Below are positions 57,820 through 63,419 of a DNA stretch of 63,419 nucleotides, one piece after another. The notes below the pieces were generated by a model. It saw only the letters and a list, made by a program, of their open reading frames with translations, made no database searches and was not told the origin of the DNA. Each line of letters begins with the position of its first letter. Within the stretch, counting starts at the first letter, position 1. The DNA lies in NCBI GenBank assembly GCA_023515795.1, contig JALGPX010000069.1, forward strand, positions 1 through 63,419. Direction: 5' to 3'. This stretch comes from Amoeboaphelidium occidentale. Taxonomy: Eukaryota. Made by a program: the position numbers and the translations under genes.

Positions 57820-59205
57820 TCAGTTTGGATTCCAACAACGACCTTGCCGCGGGGACTTCTGGTAGGCGCTTTCACTCAGCACCACTTTACTCCAGTAACT
57901 CATTTTGAGTTTGTTATAATTAAACTTCCGTTTTCTTCGCCGTTCCATGATTTCATTGAAACTGTTTCTCAAGAAGGTTTCAGATATTTCGCCCCAATCT
58001 TTTACTATTAATACTGGGAGATCTGTGAACAAATCATCGATTTCAGATGACAAAACGATCGGTATTCGCCCAAGATACAACGCTTCCCATGTCCGATGAC
58101 AATCCACTCCGTTTCCGCGAGGACTTAACCAGAATGGAAACTTCATGTTTTGTTCGTAGATATCAGGTAGTTTTTGTACATATTGAACAACCCCCGTCTC
58201 TTTAGAGATACACATTGAAAATCCAGCCCAAGGATTTGCGCCTGAGTTACTACAAGCCTTGTCCCACAGAATTCGACGAGTACCAGATCCGTCAGTACCA
58301 GGATCAAAGTTCAGTAACAGCAACTTTGTCATGTTGTTGATATCATGCTCCATAGGGAAAGTTATATAAGGATCTTCGGGGTCATATTGGCTCTTTTCGC
58401 CAGGAACATAGAGCTTCATATTCGCCCTGTTTTGTAAGTAACGTGCTTTTACCGTATTAAGAGAATCAACATGCTCCCGACAGTTCAAACCGATAGGAAT
58501 ATGCGTTAACCGATCATAACTTGTCTTGGCCATACCATTCTGCCCAAACCAGTGAGAAATTCTGGATTCATTCTTTCTGCCGCGGATGTAATGAATGTGA
58601 TGAGTGTATGGAACAGTAAGATCACCTTCTCCAGTAAGTAGAACAATGCTTTTAGTAATATCAGGATAAATACGATCAAAGAATTCATTCATGAACCAAC
58701 TGCGAACATAAATAATTCCCCCTTCAGGAATACAAGATTCGATCTCGTAAAATTCAGGTATTGCAAGGCTCTCTTTGTGATGAGTCTGTTCCCACATGAA
58801 CACATAATCCGCAAGATTCCGGAACTGCTGAGGACAAATATACTCGCCAAAGTTTCTTAGTGAAGATTCCGTTGATATCGAAGACGAACATCGCAGTTGA
58901 TCAGAGCTTTCATGAGGCACAAGATCGCAAAAGCATTTTTCCTTACATATCGGATTAATTGGGGGCGGAGGCAGAGGAGGCTGCACAATAGAGATAGAAT
59001 CATTATCAGCACCTTGAACTGTTTCGTCCTCGTAATCCTCAAAGGCAACACTCATCTTTGGGATCAGCAGAACATAAAGGCTGGAGATCATGATAATTAC
59101 AGACAGGACAATGATAGATCCAAGAAAAGCATGTCGACTTTTGATATATGATGAGGTTGATAGCTTTGGGGCAAATTTCGCCGCCGCAAGATTTCTGTTC
59201 ATCAC
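57820..59205 (-). CDS. Type II membrane glycosyltransferase-like (exostosin/GT47-related) protein
   Basis: N-terminal TM helix; C-terminal FWLSPRGNGVDCHRTWEALYLGRIPIV. Confidence 0.7.
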   Translation of the reverse strand: MMNRNLAAAKFAPKLSTSSYIKSRHAFLGSIIVLSVIIMISSLYVLLIPKMSVAFEDYEDETVQGADNDSISIVQPPLPPPPINPICKEKCFCDLVPHESSDQLRCSSSISTESSLRNFGEYICPQQFRNLADYVFMWEQTHHKESLAIPEFYEIESCIPEGGIIYVRSWFMNEFFDRIYPDITKSIVLLTGEGDLTVPYTHHIHYIRGRKNESRISHWFGQNGMAKTSYDRLTHIPIGLNCREHVDSLNTVKARYLQNRANMKLYVPGEKSQYDPEDPYITFPMEHDINNMTKLLLLNFDPGTDGSGTRRILWDKACSNSGANPWAGFSMCISKETGVVQYVQKLPDIYEQNMKFPFWLSPRGNGVDCHRTWEALYLGRIPIVLSSEIDDLFTDLPVLIVKDWGEISETFLRNSFNEIMERRRKRKFNYNKLKMSYWSKVVLSESAYQKSPRQGRCWNPN

Positions 59206-59396
59206 ACTGCAGATTCGATTGTTTGAGTTTCGAGAGCAAGTTTGGTTTCCCTTCGGAATAATTAAGATAAATTAGCGGGTTAACGTAGCATATATTCGGT
59301 TTATTATTAAGGTCATGCTAATTCTTTACAGTTCAACTGGCGGATGGTCGTGATATTACAAACTCTCTTGTAATTTTTCCTTAAAAACCTAACATC

Positions 59397-60986
59397 TCAT
59401 TGACAGCCAATATCGCTCTCTTCTTGATCATGTAGCAGCTCTTCAACTTCTTCGCGTACAATATCAGGTGCTGATACAACACTTGGTCTTGCTGGACCAA
59501 CACAAACTATTGATGCAACACTCAGCCTCATGGCATCTTGCGACATGATTTGACTTCTGCTTCTCAGTAAATTCATGCGATCTGCTGGACTTAGCGCTTC
59601 GTCTTCTTCTTTGATTGTCTTCTCGAACAACATGTAAGATACAATTGATAAAAAGCAAAACAGGATATTTGTTGCAATTATCACAGAATTAGGAACTAGA
59701 GGACTAAGAGCAGCAGATATCGCATACGCGACACATGAAACAAATCGAAAGTATGCGAAACCAGATGGCATCATATCTGCATCGTAATACTTTGAAATAG
59801 AAATGTTCACCAAGGAATTTATCATGTAATCCAATAATCCATAAGAAGCACCAAGCAGCGTTAGTGTAGCAAATTTACCAGAAGATCCAATTTGATCTCT
59901 AAATGAATCCAAAGGAAGACCGATACTATCAACAAATAGAATAATTCCAGAATACTGCAGAACAACAACCAAGACATGAACAACTAAGAGTGGCCTCATT
60001 CCGAAACGATCATAAACTTTTCCGCAAACAAAAGATGTAATAGTTGCTGTTATTCCAAACGCTAGCAGAATGTATGCAATCAGTTTCTCGTCTCCTTCAG
60101 CATAAACTGGAAGATTACCAGCACTGTAAGCCAAAGAAAGCCCTTGCGCGCAAATGTAAGGAGTCAGAAAAAGAGTCTTCTTCATGGTCCCAACGTGTAT
60201 CAACTCCTGGAAACGTTTTACAAAGCCAGCACTAGAATGATGATGTTCATGCTTTGTCCTTGCAACAAAGAACACGGAAATTGAACCTGCCGCAGCGAGC
60301 CCAGTAATAGTCCATGCAATAGTGTCAAAAGAAATATTTACTTGCTGTAGAACAATTGTCAGAACGTTTCCAAATATTCCATTCAAGTTAAAGAGTGTAA
60401 AGAATATTCCGGTAAACGTTCCGACTGAACCAACTTTCATGGTAACTCTCGTCAACCAAATGCCCTGACTTATCCACAGCAAACCAGCACCAATACCATT
60501 CAGCGCAGATGCAACCAGAACAATAGTAGCATTATTAGAGTTAATAGAAGCAGAAAGTAACGGGTATGTAACAGCGCCCAGAAACATGGCATTCACAACA
60601 CCAATACGTGCACAGATCCCTGGAACAACCAAACCACCAATTGCAAATAAAAACTGAATTAAAGACAGCGAAATATAACCTACTGTGCCAGGGTAAAGAG
60701 TCGTTAAGAAGCTCTGAACGATGGAAGCAGTGAATATCAATGCAAATGATAATCCACCATGAACAACTTGAAGCAGAACCTTCCGATAATGTGCATCAGG
60801 ATCCAGCAAGACAGCAGCGTAATCTGGAGGAAGAACAGTTGACGTCACTGAGGCGACAGATTGTCTGAGTCGCTGGTAATTTGAAAACCTTCGTGAGTCG
60901 TGTCGTTGTCTTAGCAAGGGTCTTGTGTCGATATGATCATCATCTTCCACTGCTTCTCCGACTTTGTAATGAACGTGCTTCTCCAT
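59397..60986 (-). CDS. UNC-93-like MFS membrane protein
   Basis: About 12 hydrophobic segments; GIGAGLLWISQGIWL motif. Confidence 0.8.
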   Translation of the reverse strand: MEKHVHYKVGEAVEDDDHIDTRPLLRQRHDSRRFSNYQRLRQSVASVTSTVLPPDYAAVLLDPDAHYRKVLLQVVHGGLSFALIFTASIVQSFLTTLYPGTVGYISLSLIQFLFAIGGLVVPGICARIGVVNAMFLGAVTYPLLSASINSNNATIVLVASALNGIGAGLLWISQGIWLTRVTMKVGSVGTFTGIFFTLFNLNGIFGNVLTIVLQQVNISFDTIAWTITGLAAAGSISVFFVARTKHEHHHSSAGFVKRFQELIHVGTMKKTLFLTPYICAQGLSLAYSAGNLPVYAEGDEKLIAYILLAFGITATITSFVCGKVYDRFGMRPLLVVHVLVVVLQYSGIILFVDSIGLPLDSFRDQIGSSGKFATLTLLGASYGLLDYMINSLVNISISKYYDADMMPSGFAYFRFVSCVAYAISAALSPLVPNSVIIATNILFCFLSIVSYMLFEKTIKEEDEALSPADRMNLLRSRSQIMSQDAMRLSVASIVCVGPARPSVVSAPDIVREEVEELLHDQEESDIGCQ

Positions 60987-61118
60987 TTACTTAAAGAAAA
61001 GTTTATCGGCGTCTCTGGGGGGGGCGTTTACAGTGAAATTGACGATGCAGCGATAAGGCGATATCAGATGTTTGACATGTGCAGAAAATTTCAATCAATT
61101 TTTTCAGCCAATTCTGAC

Positions 61119-62459
61119 ATGCCAAGTAAAAGAGAAAGAGAAGAAGAACTATCTTCAGCATCGGATTACAGCAGTGACTTTTCTGATAGTTCAGCCGAAG
61201 ATGCATCTCAGGATGAAGAGACTGTTCAGGAAAAGCGTGTTCGCCTCGCTAAAGAATACATCGCGCGCATGAAAGATTCAATGGCTGGCGAGGATGATAT
61301 TGACGCGGAACAAATAGACAAGGAATTAATTGCTTCCAGAATTAAAAGAGAGATCCTTGAGGAAGAAGGAAAGCTCAATAGGGAAATTGCTGATAGCTTT
61401 CGTTCGTGGCAACCTGTCGATGTGAAATGCTTCAAGGGACACGATAAGACCGTAACTTGTGCAGTCATGACACCTAATGAAAAATTTATATACTCTGCAT
61501 CAAAGGATGGAACGATTATCAAGTTCGATATGAAGACGCAATCTAAATTAATTAAGTTCAGAAGGCAGCCAAAGAAACAAGATCCTGTTCTAGGTCATTA
61601 TGATCAAATCCTTTGCTTGGCTGTCTCTTCAGACTCAAAATACTTAGCAACTGGTGGTAAAGATAAACGCATATGTATTTGGAGTGTCGATGAAGACAAA
61701 TTGCTTCGTGTGTTCACGCAACACAGAGATGAAGTTACGGGTTTAGCATTTCAAAGAGGCAAGAACATGTTGTATTCCTGTTCTGCTGATAGAACCTTAA
61801 AAGTCTTTAGTCTGGACGAGATGACGTACGTAGAAACGTTGTTTGGCCATCAGAGCTCAATTACTTGTGTCGCAAACATGGGATCTTATGATCGTTGTTT
61901 ATCTTCTGGTGGAAGAGACAGAAGTGTTCGTATGTGGAAAATAGTTGAAGAATCTCAATTGGTATTCCGTGCATCTGGGGGCCGTGTCACAAAAGACGGT
62001 GATATTGATAATACAGGTTCGGTTGATTCGGTGTCGTTCCTGAATGAGCATCATTGGATTTCTGGCACTGATGGTGGAACTTTATCTTTGTGGTCCGCTC
62101 AAAGAAAGAAACCGATTCTATCTGTTCTTAATGCGCATGGTAGATATTACAAACAAGTTACAGAAGAAGGATCGGAGGTTGTTTCGTCGCCTTTTTGGAT
62201 AACTGCACTTGACTCATTACCTTATTCGGATATATTAGCTACAGGATCGCATGATGGTTACGTTCGTTTATGGAAGGTCACCGAAAGCGCAATGGAAGAG
62301 GTCAACAAGATTCCTGTTAGAGGTTTTGTGAACTCTGTGGTCTTTTCGAAGAATGGTAAATTCCTTACAATCGGTGTTGGTAAAGAGCACAAGGCAGGAC
62401 GATGGGCTGTAGATAAGGGAGCCAAGAATTGTACAATGGTAGTTCAACTTATACAATAA
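61119..62459 (+). CDS. RRP9: U3 snoRNP WD40 protein Rrp9/U3-55K
   Basis: ETVQEKRVRLAKEY, YVETLFGHQ, WKIVEESQLVF, VGKEHKAGRW. Confidence 0.93.
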   Translation: MPSKREREEELSSASDYSSDFSDSSAEDASQDEETVQEKRVRLAKEYIARMKDSMAGEDDIDAEQIDKELIASRIKREILEEEGKLNREIADSFRSWQPVDVKCFKGHDKTVTCAVMTPNEKFIYSASKDGTIIKFDMKTQSKLIKFRRQPKKQDPVLGHYDQILCLAVSSDSKYLATGGKDKRICIWSVDEDKLLRVFTQHRDEVTGLAFQRGKNMLYSCSADRTLKVFSLDEMTYVETLFGHQSSITCVANMGSYDRCLSSGGRDRSVRMWKIVEESQLVFRASGGRVTKDGDIDNTGSVDSVSFLNEHHWISGTDGGTLSLWSAQRKKPILSVLNAHGRYYKQVTEEGSEVVSSPFWITALDSLPYSDILATGSHDGYVRLWKVTESAMEEVNKIPVRGFVNSVVFSKNGKFLTIGVGKEHKAGRWAVDKGAKNCTMVVQLIQ

Positions 62460-62516
62460 GTAATATAAATCAAAACGTAGAGACAATCTGTTATATTTTT
62501 GTTGAGATCATCCTTC

Positions 62517-62897
62517 TTAAACTCTTGATGGGTACATCATGACACGCACTGAAGCACCGAAAGAGTGTGGAGGCAGATTTGAGCGGAATTTAGCACGAAC
62601 GACACCGGAGTTTCCGTGAGGGCGAGTAACTTTTCCCCAGATGACACGAATCTTCTTTCCGTCGATTGCTTTCTTTGCGCGGTAAACGTATGCAATTCTC
62701 TTGCCTAGGTAAAAGCCAGTCTCCTCTTTTGCTCTAACGCCTTCGATCTGGATTAATGAGGTGTTTTCATTCTGATTGCGCTTGGCTCTGGTGTATCCAA
62801 GAACTCGTCCTTTTGTGTATAGACTAGAACAGATTAGATCCACTGGTTGATCATAAAGGCATTCTTACCGAACAGAATTTGGCTTGCTTTCCGGCAT
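62517..62897 (-). CDS. RPL35A: 60S ribosomal protein L35a/eL33, 2 exons
   Basis: [10 protein letters not shown]^LYTKG across intron ~62824-62868; [21 protein letters not shown]. Confidence 0.96.
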
Positions 62898-63129
62898 TAT
62901 CACGACTTAAAGAAATGATTGAAAAATTTTTGCTTCGGTTNNNNNNNNNNNNAGATCCACTGGTTGATCATAAAGGTATTCTTACCGAACAGAATTTGGC
63001 TTGCTTTCCGGCATTATCACGACTTAAAGAAATGATTGAAAAATTTTTGCTTCGGTTTGTCGATCAGTTTTTCAAAGGTTCGCGATTACGGTTTCAGCTA
63101 CAGCGACGCGTGATCAGTAAAGTAATACA

Positions 63130-63331
63130 AATCAACGAGTCATTGTACAATGACTCGCGCAGAGCCTAATACATAGGATGCAGATTTCTTTTTAGCGGCA
63201 TTTTCTAGCGCATATTCTGAGGAAGTCGATTGTCCTGGTTCTTTGTCTTTGGGCTTCTTTTTCTTCTTCTCCTTCGGATTGCGCCCATTCCTGTCTTTCT
63301 TGTTCAAACCATCGTCCTGTCCACCATTATC
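63130..63331 (-). repeat. Second copy of the Fanzor element 3' end (omegaRNA-like region) without the nuclease core
   Basis: Aligns with 5933-6125 with substitutions and a 9-nt in-frame insertion; same palindrome at 63136-63157; unrelated sequence on both sides. Confidence 0.85.
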
Positions 63332-63419
63332 TGTTGAGATCTAAAGAATCTGGTGTGCTGTGATACGTAGATGAAACAGCGTTACATACATGATACATAA
63401 GATCCAATCTAAAATAGAC

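Noticed and set aside
23308..62897. Apparent clustering of ribosome-biogenesis (RRP1, UTP6, RIX7, RRP9, RPL35A) and proteasome (UBP6, RPN6, RPN7) genes
   Set aside because: These are large housekeeping classes interspersed with unrelated genes in a dense genome; no evidence of more than chance without a genome-wide test.
62835..63060. Duplicated RPL35A first exon
   Set aside because: It flanks the N run at 62941-62952, so an assembly overlap.

Overview
Extremely compact eukaryotic genomic DNA in the standard genetic code, with GT-AG introns of about 30-50 nt and intergenic gaps often under 60 bp. Gene content (OLE1-type desaturase with fused cytochrome b5, HAL/NPR kinase, DIP2, SARAH-bearing Hippo/MST kinase, CRN-like NTPase) suggests an early-diverging fungus or close relative; this is inference. 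Most of 11.3-62.9 kb is housekeeping genes, with one tRNA-Ser there and tRNA-Pro near 3 kb. The standout is a minus-strand element at about 5933-10764. It reconstructs as one intron-containing gene of roughly 1,100-1,200 aa fusing an N-terminal XPG/FEN1-type (PIN-fold, H3TH) flap nuclease to a C-terminal Fanzor/TnpB-like RuvC-zinc finger module. Its stop codon lies inside a perfect 22-bp palindrome. The last ~200 bp recur at 63130-63331 with the same sharp end but a different flank, as expected for an omegaRNA scaffold plus variable guide. This copy has two in-frame stops and a frameshift. Many local duplications flank N gaps and are treated as assembly overlaps of alleles or paralogs.
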